From contig CAJVYQ010000002.1 in NCBI GenBank assembly GCA_913009825.1, positions 82,675 to 146,674 of the forward strand: DNA of 64,000 bases, read 5' to 3'. Below, piece by piece: positions 29,800-40,305 of the stretch (positions are counted from its first letter, which is position 1; each line of letters starts with the position of its first letter). Under the pieces are notes generated by a model. The model did no database searches. It worked only from the letters and a program-made list of their open reading frames with translations, and was not told the origin of the DNA. The translations under genes were made by a program, and so were the position numbers. Origin of the DNA: an uncultured Deferribacteres bacterium (GTDB lineage Bacteria > Zhuqueibacterota > JdFR-76 > DREG01).

Positions 29800-32700
29800 G
29801 TGTTTAAAAAAGTATTAAAAGAAGAACTTCGGGTTGCGGCCGAGAATGCATCGTTGCAAAAATTGCGGGATTTTGTGACCCGTGTCGGCAAAAAGCACCG
29901 CTTTTCCGATAAGCTGATAAATGCATTTAAATTAGCCGTCGATGAAGCCAGTACAAATATTATCCGTCATTCTTATCGGGACCGGACCGGTGAAATTACT
30001 ATTCGGGCAGTGATACGGAAAGAGAGTTTCACCATTTCTTTGATCGATCAGGGCAGATATTTTGATCCCACAAATGTGAAGAACCCGGATCTGAAGCGCT
30101 ATGTCGCCATCGGTAAAAAAGGCGGCCTCGGTATTTTTATGATCCGAAAGTTGGTTGATGATATCAGCTACTCCAAAACTGCTGAAGGGAATGAACTTCG
30201 CTTAACAAAAAATAAAGGGATTGAACGAAAAAAACGATTTGCTCTGCCCAGGGTTCCCGGCTCCATGCGGGTGAAATACTACTCAACCTCCATGGCTATT
30301 GTAAGTTTCATCGTAGTTTTCGGCTATTTTTATAATTATTTTAAAACGGATGGCAAAATCGTTGAAAATTCCCTCGATCGCATGGAATCAATCTCGCGCA
30401 TTTTTGCTCAAAACGTCATCGATGGGCTGCAAGCGGGTGACTTTCTCAGTCTCTCGAAAGCGGCAAAAGTGATTGCGCAGGAAGATTCTTCCTTCCTGAA
30501 AGCGGCCATTGTCACAGATTTGGATAACCTGGTTCAGGGAACCACAGATCCGGAAAAGATTTCGCCTTTCAGTCCGTTTGATTCCGGTCAAAAAACAAAA
30601 TCTATTCGGAAAAACATACAAATTGTCCGGAAAGATATTTCGACTTCAGCCGGAGCAGACGAATATTTTTTGGTAGAAAGACCGGTTTTTTCTCCCGGTG
30701 CTAATGGAAAAGTGCTGATCGGCCGGGTTTATCTTTTTGTTCCCATTAAGCCTGTTTATGATTCCGTTTCCCAAAAAAGAATCGGCGACTTACAAACTGC
30801 GGCACTTATCCTTATTTTAGCCAATTTGGGTGTAGGCTTGCTTATTTTCCTCATTTTAACTCCTCTACAGAAGCTCTCTAATTGGGTGGGTAAAATGGGG
30901 CAGGAAGATATCCGTGATCAAATTGATATCGATACGTCCAATGAAATTGGCAAGATTGCCCAGGCTTTCGGCGAAATTACAGACAAATTCCGTGAAAGTC
31001 AGCGCTCCTTAGCGGATCAGGAAAGAATCCAGCAAGAGATGCACCTGGCCAAAGAGATTCAGCAAACTCTCCTGCCTGCCGGTTTTCCGGATGTACAGGG
31101 ATATGAAATTGCCTCCTATTATGAATCAGCCAAAGAGGTCGGCGGTGATTACTACGATTTTGTTGATGTGGACCGGGATCGGATCGGCGTGGTGGTTGCG
31201 GATGTTTCCGGAAAGGGTGTGCCCGGCTCTCTGGTAATGACCATGATCCGCACAGCACTCCGCACGGAAGCCAGAGGAGTCTCTTCTTCGGCAGAGGTTC
31301 TGGCAAAGGTGAACAACTTTGTCATCGGCGACATCAGAAAAGGCATGTTTGTCACTCTATTTTACACTATTTTGGATTCCCGGAAACGCCGCGTCACATT
31401 TGCCAGCGCCGGTCACAATCCCATGATTCTTTATCGGTTCAGCACCCAAAAAACCTACTACCTTAATCCCAAAGGATTTCCGGTGGGTATTTCTGTAAGT
31501 GATAAAGACCTGTTTACGCAATCAATCGAAGATGATACGATTCAATTGACCAAAGGAGATATCATCCTCTGCTACACGGATGGCATAACCGAGGCGATGA
31601 ATTCCAAACGGGAGCTTTTCGGCGAAGAGAGATTGCTGGAAGTTATCCGTAAATTTGGACATCTTCGCGCCAAACATTTCACCGAAAAACTGAAGGAAGA
31701 ACTCCTCTCTTTTACGGAGGGGCAGGTTCAGTATGATGACATCACCTTTGTGGTGATTAAAGAGAAAATGAGTGCGGAAGAATCGGAGTTCGAACGGGCT
31801 AAAGAGATCTATTATGATATGCTCAATGGCAAATCAATGACAGAGGCCTGTAAAATCCATGGGATGCCGGGTTCCACTTTTTCTCATAAATACCGGGTAA
31901 AACTCGAGGAACTAGGTGTCGAGGAGTTTAAAAAGGAGTTTGAAACCACTTCCGTTGAAGCCAAGCACCTGAGTATCGAGGAATTGACAAAAATTTATGA
32001 TATTATTCGTAAAAATCCTCAATGGGGAGCAAAAAGGATTTCCAACCAATTAATTACCGCAGAGTACGGATTAACAGAGATTCCGGAAAAACGGATTTAC
32101 GAAGAGTTGATCAGAAAACGGTTGAATACAAAAGCTTTGCGGGAGGCCTATGTTAATCGCGGCACCAATAAAAAACGGATGAAACCTCCCGGTACCCCCA
32201 TGCTCACGCTGGATGGGGAGATAATTATGGACGACCAGCTTGGGCCTAAACTCCATGCCCCGGTTTTGGATGAAATGGAGATCGAGAAACCGCTGGTTTT
32301 CGAGGAAAAAGAGGTGGAAAAAAAACCGGTTGCCGAAAAACCAAAGCCGGTGAAAAAACCACCGAAAAAGAAATCCATCGAAGAAAAAGAAACGTCCGAA
32401 TTAATTCTGGAAGATATTATTGAACTATTCGATAAAACCAGGGACAGCGAAGAACCGGCAGAACCATCTGCAACAGGAGATTTGAGTGAGGATTTAAAAC
32501 CTGCAGAGATACCCGAAACCGACGGGTTGGAAGATGTTTCCTCAGATGTGGAATATGACCGGGATATTCAAAAATTGTTGGGAAATATTACAGAGGAACC
32601 GGAAGTTGCCGAACAACACGCCGGGGCGGAAATCGATTTCTCTGATCTGTCTGCTTCCGAATATGCCCAGGATCTTTTCAAAGATAAAACCAATGGTGAC

Positions 32701-33618
32701 AGCAAGGAAGGAGAATCTCCCGAACCGCATCTTACGGAAGAGAAATTTGATGAAGAAAATGTGGGAAAGAAAACCCCGGAACAGATATTTGACGATCTTT
32801 CTGTGAATATAGATAACGCTTCGGAGAAAGAGGTTGATTTTGATGATTTTGCATCTCTGATTACAGGCGATGAAATTAAGACATCCAATGAGATTGAGGC
32901 GGATGAAAAATTTCTTAAAACAGAAAGCGCAGGACTTGTTGTGGAAAAAGATGAGGATCAAACCCTGATCGATGATCAAAGAAGAGAGCAACATTTATCT
33001 TCGCCGGCAGAAGATAAAAATGTAGAAGAAATTTTTAAAGAAATTTCCGTTGATATTGATGGAGATGAAAATGAAACGGCTCATGATTTAATAGATCAAG
33101 CCGATAATAATATTGAAGAATTCTTCGATTTTATTTCCGGCGAAGTAATTAATTTTCAGGAAGAGTTAATTGATATTTCCGGTGAACCGGATGCCGGCTC
33201 AGAAGATAAAAAGAATGCGAAAAAACGGGTCAAAAAACGGAAGATCGACGGACAGCAAAAACTGCTCATCGCCGGCGGGCATTTCTATATGCAGAAGAAG
33301 TACGACAGGGCGATTCAAATATTTCATCGTATTATTGATAAATATCCCAATAATATTGAAGCCCATTATAACTTAGGTAACAGTTATTTTAGATTGCGCC
33401 GCTTTGATGAAGCACAGTCTGCCTATGAAAAAGTGTGCGAATTAGACCCCACATTTCTGGATGCGCTGGAAAATCTGGGTGTCATTTTTGCCAATAAAAG
33501 AAAGTTTAAGGAAGCAATAAGAACGTGGAAAAAGATTCTGGAGTTTGATCCAAAGCGAGAGGACATCAAAAAAAACATTGAAAAAGCGCTAAAGATCAGT
33601 AGAAAAATAAAATCTTAG
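29800..33618 (+). CDS. multidomain partner-switching regulator: RsbW/SpoIIAB-like serine kinase (HATPase) - TM - sensor loop - TM - HAMP - PP2C (SpoIIE/RsbU-like) phosphatase - acidic disordered region - TPR
   Basis: N-terminus: AVDEASTNIIRHSY...GGLGIFMIRKLVDDISY (anti-sigma-factor-type HATPase_c_2). Two TM segments flank a ~150-aa loop, with a HAMP-like segment after TM2. The PP2C motifs are EVGGDYYDF, VVADVSGKGVPGSLVM and CYTDGITEA. A ~350-aa D/E-rich low-complexity region follows. The C-terminal TPR units include YNLGNSYFRLRRFDEAQSAYEKVCELDP. GTG start. Confidence 0.7.
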   Translation: MFKKVLKEELRVAAENASLQKLRDFVTRVGKKHRFSDKLINAFKLAVDEASTNIIRHSYRDRTGEITIRAVIRKESFTISLIDQGRYFDPTNVKNPDLKRYVAIGKKGGLGIFMIRKLVDDISYSKTAEGNELRLTKNKGIERKKRFALPRVPGSMRVKYYSTSMAIVSFIVVFGYFYNYFKTDGKIVENSLDRMESISRIFAQNVIDGLQAGDFLSLSKAAKVIAQEDSSFLKAAIVTDLDNLVQGTTDPEKISPFSPFDSGQKTKSIRKNIQIVRKDISTSAGADEYFLVERPVFSPGANGKVLIGRVYLFVPIKPVYDSVSQKRIGDLQTAALILILANLGVGLLIFLILTPLQKLSNWVGKMGQEDIRDQIDIDTSNEIGKIAQAFGEITDKFRESQRSLADQERIQQEMHLAKEIQQTLLPAGFPDVQGYEIASYYESAKEVGGDYYDFVDVDRDRIGVVVADVSGKGVPGSLVMTMIRTALRTEARGVSSSAEVLAKVNNFVIGDIRKGMFVTLFYTILDSRKRRVTFASAGHNPMILYRFSTQKTYYLNPKGFPVGISVSDKDLFTQSIEDDTIQLTKGDIILCYTDGITEAMNSKRELFGEERLLEVIRKFGHLRAKHFTEKLKEELLSFTEGQVQYDDITFVVIKEKMSAEESEFERAKEIYYDMLNGKSMTEACKIHGMPGSTFSHKYRVKLEELGVEEFKKEFETTSVEAKHLSIEELTKIYDIIRKNPQWGAKRISNQLITAEYGLTEIPEKRIYEELIRKRLNTKALREAYVNRGTNKKRMKPPGTPMLTLDGEIIMDDQLGPKLHAPVLDEMEIEKPLVFEEKEVEKKPVAEKPKPVKKPPKKKSIEEKETSELILEDIIELFDKTRDSEEPAEPSATGDLSEDLKPAEIPETDGLEDVSSDVEYDRDIQKLLGNITEEPEVAEQHAGAEIDFSDLSASEYAQDLFKDKTNGDSKEGESPEPHLTEEKFDEENVGKKTPEQIFDDLSVNIDNASEKEVDFDDFASLITGDEIKTSNEIEADEKFLKTESAGLVVEKDEDQTLIDDQRREQHLSSPAEDKNVEEIFKEISVDIDGDENETAHDLIDQADNNIEEFFDFISGEVINFQEELIDISGEPDAGSEDKKNAKKRVKKRKIDGQQKLLIAGGHFYMQKKYDRAIQIFHRIIDKYPNNIEAHYNLGNSYFRLRRFDEAQSAYEKVCELDPTFLDALENLGVIFANKRKFKEAIRTWKKILEFDPKREDIKKNIEKALKISRKIKS

Positions 33619-33714
33619 GGAAAAAGATTCGCTAAGTCGATCAAATTCAGGTTGATTTTTTGAGAAATAAAAACTATATTAGCGAAAAATTATTTAAGGA
33701 TTAAGGAGGGAGTT

Positions 33715-34410
33715 ATGGAAGGAATCCAGGTTTCTATTTCGGCTGTTGGACCCAATAACGATGTTTCTGTAATCAAAGTCGGTGGTTATATCGATACCAC
33801 TACCTCCGCGGAAGTTGAACGGGCTCTGGATTCAATTTTAAAGGAGAAGAAGTACAACATCATCATCGATCTGAGTAATGTTGATTACATCAGCAGTGCC
33901 GGTTGGGGTATTTTCATCAGTGAAATAAAAGGAATCAGGGAAAAGAGCGGCGATTTAAAACTTGTCAACATGATTCCCGATGTTTATGAAGTGTTTGAAC
34001 TTTTGGAGTTTCATTATATTTTAAAAGCATTCGACACCTCAGAAGAAGCGCTGAACGATTTTAAACATAATTCTTTCAAATTATCCGGAAGCTCTGTCCT
34101 GGACCAGGAAGATAAAACGCAAAAAGAGGATACTGCGTCTTCTGCTTCACAATCCTTGCTTAACTCAACTCAATCAACGGCGCAAGTTGCTGCAAAGTCT
34201 GCTGCCGGTTCGGTTAATGAAAAAATTAAACAGATTATTATGGAAAAACCCGATATTTCTGTTTTGGATATCAAAAAAGAACTTAATACAGAGGCGTACA
34301 ATTTTACAAAAATAGGTATCCTTGAAGTTTGGAAGCGGTTGCGAAAAACAGGTCTTTCTTCAAAGAAAAAAAGAATGAAATATTTTAAAACTCATGCATT
34401 CCAATCATAA
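33715..34410 (+). CDS. STAS-domain anti-sigma-factor antagonist (RsbV/SpoIIAA-like) with C-terminal extension
   Basis: The STAS domain includes the conserved phosphorylatable Ser context (DLSNVDYISSAGWG). An S/T/Q-rich linker and a ~60-aa C-terminal domain of unknown function follow. It is directly downstream of the kinase/phosphatase fusion. Confidence 0.7.
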   Translation: MEGIQVSISAVGPNNDVSVIKVGGYIDTTTSAEVERALDSILKEKKYNIIIDLSNVDYISSAGWGIFISEIKGIREKSGDLKLVNMIPDVYEVFELLEFHYILKAFDTSEEALNDFKHNSFKLSGSSVLDQEDKTQKEDTASSASQSLLNSTQSTAQVAAKSAAGSVNEKIKQIIMEKPDISVLDIKKELNTEAYNFTKIGILEVWKRLRKTGLSSKKKRMKYFKTHAFQS

Positions 34411-34613
34411 CTAATTTATTTCACTGATCTGTTTCTTTTCCGGGGGCTGTTTTCACATGCCGAGATTTATTTTAGTACAAATCAAATCTTTTTGATACAA
34501 CTATATCGATAAAAATAGATTGATTTTTCTTATTCTTTTTGTTACTATTATTTTATAGAAAATCATTTTACCCGACAGATAATTCAAAAAAATCATTGAA
34601 TTTGGAGTTCATC

Positions 34614-36022
<1,409 letters not shown>

Positions 36023-36121
36023 AATTTTACCCTGCGTCATGTAATTAAATTTATTTAATCTCCATCTAGTATCATAACGGGTTGAATTTTCGTCAAATAA
36101 CGGGGAAAATCTTTACAGCTT

Positions 36122-37231
36122 ATGACTGAACATGAAGAAAGATATCTTCATTCTCTTCTACGTCTGATCTCAGTTCAAGGGATGGGTTCATTTCGCATCC
36201 GGCGGCTAATTAGTTACTTCAAAACAGCTTCCGAGGTTTTATCTGCGGACCTGCTGTCCCTCACCGGAATTGATGGCATAGATAAAATTCTGGCGAAAAA
36301 TATTCGTGCGGGTGGGAAACCGGATTTTGCCGGTCGGCAACTGCAAGCCTGTCGAAAGCATAACATTCAGATCATTACATATTATGACGAGCGGTATCCG
36401 TCCGCATTAAAAGAAACTCCGGACCCTCCCATCCTGCTTTTTATGAAAGGGGCGTTCCAGGACAGAGACGTGATTTCAATTGGCGTTGTGGGCACCCGTA
36501 TTCCCTCTCAGTATGGAAAGCGAGTTGCGGAATTATTGAGCAAAGATTTAATCCAAAACGGATTCACTATTGTCAGCGGACTGGCCAGGGGGATTGACAC
36601 CATCGCCCATCAAACCTGTGTAAAATTGGGTGCGAGAACGATTGCCGTCATGGGAAGCGGATTGGATATCATCTACCCGACTGAAAATAAAAAACTGTCG
36701 GATTTGATTATAGAAAATGGTGCCCTGCTTAGTGAACTTCCCTGTGGCAGCCTGCCCGATGCAGTTAATTTTCCCAAACGAAATCGGATCATCAGTGGAC
36801 TTTCTCTGGGGGTTCTGATTGTAGAAGCGGGTGAAAAAAGCGGCGCACTCATCACAGCAACTTCGGCATTGAATCAAAACCGGGAAGTATTTGCTATTCC
36901 CGGCAGCATTTTTAGCACAAAAAGCAGCGGCACGAACCGGTTGATAAAGGAAGGAGCAAAATTAGTGCAATCGGTGGATGACATTTTGGAGGAATTACAG
37001 CACCGGGTTCGTTCATTCTCCTTTGAAAAGTCCGATTTCAAAGCGTTGCCCATCGACCTGTCCGATAAAGAGAAAAAATTAATGAGTATATTTTCCGATG
37101 ATCCAATCCATATCGATATGATCGCTCAAAAAACCGGGTTTTCAACTGCGGAAACGTTGTCTGTTTTATTGACATTGGAATTAAAAGATGTAATCAAACA
37201 ATTCTCAGGTAAAATGTTTGTGCGGATTTGA
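36122..37231 (+). CDS. dprA: DNA processing protein DprA (Smf)
   Basis: The Rossmann-like DprA core is present (GVVGTRIPSQYGKRVAELLSKDLIQNGFTIVSGLARGIDTIAHQ...GSGLDIIYPTEN). A C-terminal winged-helix region follows. Confidence 0.85.
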   Translation: MTEHEERYLHSLLRLISVQGMGSFRIRRLISYFKTASEVLSADLLSLTGIDGIDKILAKNIRAGGKPDFAGRQLQACRKHNIQIITYYDERYPSALKETPDPPILLFMKGAFQDRDVISIGVVGTRIPSQYGKRVAELLSKDLIQNGFTIVSGLARGIDTIAHQTCVKLGARTIAVMGSGLDIIYPTENKKLSDLIIENGALLSELPCGSLPDAVNFPKRNRIISGLSLGVLIVEAGEKSGALITATSALNQNREVFAIPGSIFSTKSSGTNRLIKEGAKLVQSVDDILEELQHRVRSFSFEKSDFKALPIDLSDKEKKLMSIFSDDPIHIDMIAQKTGFSTAETLSVLLTLELKDVIKQFSGKMFVRI

Positions 37232-37659
37232 CCCCGGCGGCCTTTTTCTGAATTGTTGCACAGATTAACCCGGCATCTCAAAACTATTCACCCGAGGAAA
37301 AAACATAAGAATATAATTAGTGTCTGTCCGAAAATTCCCTTTTTCTGTCATTCCCGCGAAAACCGGAATCCATAACCTCTTGTATTCTTTAGATTTCTGC
37401 CTTCGCAGGAATGACGTTTTTTACTATTTTCATGGTTTTCGGACAGACTCTAATTAATCGAAAAATTTTTAACAATAAAAAGCAGGAAATTCTGTACTCC
37501 AATTAGTTTTTCAGGTTGAAGTTTTTACTAATTTGCGTTAAAGGGATAAAAATTTCAACTTTTATGTTGAAATTCGAGATGAATAATATTACCTTTATAT
37601 TTGCTGTTCCGATGCTTTAATGAGAGGAAAAAAGAGCGTTTACTGAGTATAACCATTTT

Positions 37660-37746
37660 GGAGAGGTGCGAGAGTGGTTGAATCGGGCGGTCTCGAAAAC
37701 CGTTGTCCCTTTTCCGGGACCGTGGGTTCGAATCCCACCCTCTCCG
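37660..37746 (+). tRNA. tRNA-Ser (anticodon CGA)
   Basis: The 7-bp acceptor stem GGAGAGG/CCTCTCC pairs, with discriminator G. The anticodon loop is CTCGAAA. A long variable arm and the T-loop GGTTCGAATCC are present. No CCA is encoded. Confidence 0.75.
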
Positions 37747-37791
37747 CGCGAAATGAATGAGAAAATTTCAACACATGTTTTTTGAAATTTT

Positions 37792-37874
37792 GGAGGGCTA
37801 GTCCTAATTGGTAAGGCGGCGGTCTTGAAAATCGCTGGGTTTTCCCCTTGGGGGTTCGAGTCCCTCGCCCTCCG
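37792..37874 (+). tRNA. tRNA-Ser (anticodon TGA)
   Basis: The acceptor stem GGAGGGC/GCCCTCC pairs, with discriminator G. The anticodon stem-loop is GCGGT-CTTGAAA-ATCGC. A long variable arm and the T-arm GGTTCGAGTCC are present. The D-arm pairing is imperfect. Confidence 0.6.
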
Positions 37875-37876
37875 CG

Positions 37877-38113
37877 ATGTATTACGTTTATATTTTACAA
37901 AGTCAGAAAGATGGTAAACTGTATACCGGCTTTACTGGTGATTTACAGAAACGAATAAAATCTCATAATAGCGGAAAAGTTTGATCCACAAAAGGTAGGA
38001 GACCTTTCATTCTTCTATCTTATGAGGAGTATGAAGATAAAACGGAAGCCCTAAAAAGAGAGTTGTTTTTGAAAAGTGGTCCAGGGCGAAAGTTTTTGAA
38101 GGGAATTCTTTGA
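37877..38113 (+). pseudogene. GIY-YIG (YhbQ/UPF0213-like) nuclease-family gene interrupted by an in-frame TGA
   Basis: The ATG is 3 nt after the tRNA-Ser(TGA) end. MYYVYILQSQKDGKLYTGFTGDLQKRIKSHNSGKV is followed by TGA at 37982-37984. The same frame continues STKGRRPFILLSYEEYEDKTEALKRELFLKSGPGRKFLKGIL. Together these match the full-length GIY-YIG family pattern. Confidence 0.6.
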
Positions 38114-38159
38114 TAAAGGATACAGGGCTTGTCAGCCGAAGGCTGATCCGCCTTGCGGA

Positions 38160-38231
38160 AAAATCGCTGGGTTTTCCCCTTGGAGGTTCCCTGCTTGCGC
38201 GGGCAAGGAGTCCCTCGCCCTCCGCGATGTA
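38160..38231 (+). repeat. partial direct repeat of the 3' half of tRNA-Ser(TGA) (att-like scar)
   Basis: aaaatcgctgggttttccccttgg..agtccctcgccctccgcgatgta repeats 37828-37881. A 20-nt hairpin insertion (ccctgcttgcgcgggcaagg) replaces the T-loop. Together with the original it flanks the GIY-YIG ORF. Confidence 0.6.
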
Positions 38232-38242
38232 GCAACAAGTTT

Positions 38243-38329
38243 GGAGAGGTGGCCGAGCGGCTGAAGGCAGCTGCCTGCTAAGCAGTTGTAGGTGCAAGTC
38301 TACCGTGGGTTCGAATCCCACCCTCTCCG
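38243..38329 (+). tRNA. tRNA-Ser (anticodon GCT)
   Basis: GGAGAGGTGGCCGAGCGGCTGAAGGC is a classic Ser D-arm. The anticodon stem-loop is CTGC-CTGCTAA-GCAG. A long variable arm and GGTTCGAATCC are present. The acceptor stem pairs with CCTCTCC plus G. Confidence 0.8.
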
Positions 38330-38347
38330 CATATTTTACTAAATCGG

Positions 38348-38701
38348 GTGATTACAATGTATGAACTTAAAAAATTGGACGTTTGGTCCGTTGTAAAAGT
38401 TACATTTATTCTGTCTTTTTTTGTTGGTCTTGTTTTAGGTGTCTTTTATTTTTTTATTATGTTCTTTGTTTCTCAATTTACGGGTTCTTTCGGTGGCGGT
38501 GTAGAAAGAGAGGTTTTAAGACTTGGTGGAATTATCGGTTTTTTTGTAATTATCTTCATCGCCATATTTACTTCTGTTTTTTATACAATTATCACGGCTA
38601 TTTTAGCCGGGCTGTATAATTTGGTCTCCGGATGGACCGGCGGAATAAGAGTGGAATTGTCGGAGGAGAAGACGGCGGAAGGCGTAGTGCCGCATGAATG
38701 A
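38348..38701 (+). CDS. small integral membrane protein (3 TM), unknown function
   Basis: 117 aa, strongly hydrophobic. It overlaps the gltX start by 8 nt. Confidence 0.4.
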   Translation: MITMYELKKLDVWSVVKVTFILSFFVGLVLGVFYFFIMFFVSQFTGSFGGGVEREVLRLGGIIGFFVIIFIAIFTSVFYTIITAILAGLYNLVSGWTGGIRVELSEEKTAEGVVPHE

Positions 38702-40115
38702 TTCTATGGAGGCAAAGCAGATTCGGGTACGTTTTGCACCAAGTCCTACTGGATACCTGCATATTGGGGGTGCACGCACGGCTTTGTTCAATTGGTTGTT
38801 TGCTCGAAAAAACAAGGGTAAATTTCTATTACGAATTGAAGATACGGACCAACAGCGTTCAACGGGGGAAATGGTCGATGAGATCCTGCAAAGCTTGCAG
38901 TGGTTGGGTTTGGATTGGGATGAAGATATTTGGTTCCAATCCAGAAGAATGGATGTTTACAGGGAGAAAGCAAAGGAATTGCTTGCCGACCGCAGGGCTT
39001 ATCACTGTTTTTGTGATAAACCGGATGCGGAACCGGAGGATAGGTGGCAGTCAAAATGTACTTGTCATTTGTTGACGGTTAAGGAAAAAGAAGAATTATT
39101 AAACCAGGGAAGGCAACCGGCGATACGTTTTTGGGTGCCCGATGGTACTACTGTATTTAAAGACGTGGTTCACGGTTCTTTGGAATTTAACAACGCAGAA
39201 ATTGATAATTTTATCATTTTACGGGCGGATGGAACACCCACCTATTACTTAGCGGTGGTTGTAGATGATTATGAAATGAGAATAACCCACATTTTGCGGG
39301 GTGATGACCATTTGTCGAACACGCCCAATCAAATTTTACTTTATCATGCATTCGGTTGGGATTTACCTCAATTCGCTCATGTGCCTTTAATTCTGGGTGA
39401 AGATAAAAAGCGTCTTAGCAAACGTTTCGGTGCCACAGCGGTTTCCGAATATTTTAATTCTGGCATTCTGCCGGAATCTTTGGTAAATTACCTGGCGCTT
39501 TTGGGTTGGTATCCCGGTGAAGATCAGGAGATCATGACGCAAGATGAATTGATCGAACTATTTTCATTTGGTGGCATTTCCAGAAAAAGCGCCGTATTCG
39601 ATCAGGCTAAACTGGAATGGGTGAATGGCGAACATATAAAGAACCATTCTTCGGAGGAATTGCTAAAATTTGTCACCGACTATCTTCTCAATGCAAATTT
39701 AATCCGGGAAGAAGAGCTTGAGGAAAAGCACGATTACCTGATTAAAGTTCTTGATCTCTTCAAAATGCGCATGAGAATGGTTGGTGATTTGGCAAAATAT
39801 GGCCGGTATTTTTTTATCGATCCGGAAAGATATGATAAAAATGCATTGAAAAGATACTGGGAAAAAAACACAAAAGATTATCTCACTCAATTTAGGGATA
39901 GGTACGAAAAGTTAGTAAATCACAATGCCGGGGAAATAGAAAAAACACTGAGGGTATTGGCCGGAGAGCTGAGCGTGGCTGCGGCAAAAATTATTCATCC
40001 GGTGCGAATCGTTTTAACCGGATTTGCAGTGAGTCCCGGTTTGTTTGAAATGATGGAAGTGTTGGGAAAAAATGTTTGTTTGCAACGAATAAATAGAGGA
40101 ATAGAAACTATCTGA
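38694..40115 (+). CDS. gltX: glutamate--tRNA ligase
   Basis: RFAPSPTGYLHIGGARTALFNWLFAR...LRIEDTD is the HIGH region. The KLSKR motif (KRLSKRFG) is also present. 473 aa. Confidence 0.95.
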   Translation: MNDSMEAKQIRVRFAPSPTGYLHIGGARTALFNWLFARKNKGKFLLRIEDTDQQRSTGEMVDEILQSLQWLGLDWDEDIWFQSRRMDVYREKAKELLADRRAYHCFCDKPDAEPEDRWQSKCTCHLLTVKEKEELLNQGRQPAIRFWVPDGTTVFKDVVHGSLEFNNAEIDNFIILRADGTPTYYLAVVVDDYEMRITHILRGDDHLSNTPNQILLYHAFGWDLPQFAHVPLILGEDKKRLSKRFGATAVSEYFNSGILPESLVNYLALLGWYPGEDQEIMTQDELIELFSFGGISRKSAVFDQAKLEWVNGEHIKNHSSEELLKFVTDYLLNANLIREEELEEKHDYLIKVLDLFKMRMRMVGDLAKYGRYFFIDPERYDKNALKRYWEKNTKDYLTQFRDRYEKLVNHNAGEIEKTLRVLAGELSVAAAKIIHPVRIVLTGFAVSPGLFEMMEVLGKNVCLQRINRGIETI

Positions 40116-40124
40116 TTTTAACTC

Positions 40125-40195
40125 TGGGGAGTCGTCTAATGGCAGGACGGTGGTCTCTGGATCCACTGGTCGGGGTTCGAATCCCTGCTCCCCAG
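40125..40195 (+). tRNA. tRNA-Gln (anticodon CTG), probable
   Basis: The U1:A72 pair (TGGGGAG/CTCCCCA) with discriminator G is a Gln identity feature. The anticodon loop is CTCTGGA. The T-arm is CGGGG-TTCGAAT-CCCTG. The anticodon stem has one mismatch. Confidence 0.6.
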
Positions 40196-40209
40196 CAAGA
40201 TAAACAGAC

Positions 40210-40283
40210 GCGCCCGTGGCTCAATTGGATAGAGCATCTGACTTCGGATCAGAGGGTTGGGGGTTCGAATCCTCCCGGGCGCG
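40210..40283 (+). tRNA. tRNA-Arg (anticodon TCG)
   Basis: The acceptor stem GCGCCCG/CGGGCGC pairs, with discriminator G. The D-arm is GCTCAATTGGATAGAGC. The anticodon stem-loop is TCTGA-CTTCGGA-TCAGA. The T-arm GGGTTCGAATCC is present. Confidence 0.8.
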
Positions 40284-40305
40284 CTTAAGAAAAACAAGAG
40301 TTTAG

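Noticed and set aside
37337-37360. ATTCCCGCGAAAACCGGAAT resembles the Neisseria RS3-type ATTCCC-N8-GGGAAT repeat
   Set aside because: It is single copy. The second half is CGGAAT, not GGGAAT. The organism is unrelated. Treated only as part of a local inverted-repeat structure.
37792-37874. Considered tRNA-Sec for the second long-arm tRNA because of its irregular D-arm
   Set aside because: The anticodon is TGA (Ser), not TCA. The acceptor stem is 7 bp, not 8. It is a serine tRNA.
37982-37984. In-frame TGA in the GIY-YIG ORF as evidence of an alternative genetic code (TGA=Gly/Trp) or selenocysteine
   Set aside because: TGA terminates clearly intact housekeeping genes in this window (gltX at 40113-40115, obg at 36020-36022). 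No SECIS-like hairpin is obvious downstream. A nonsense mutation is the simpler reading.
38007-38321. Minus-strand ORFs 38007-38321 and 38020-38238 from the ORF track
   Set aside because: They lie antisense across the GIY-YIG remnant, the tRNA repeat and tRNA-Ser(GCT). Their composition is arginine/proline-rich, typical of spurious reverse frames.
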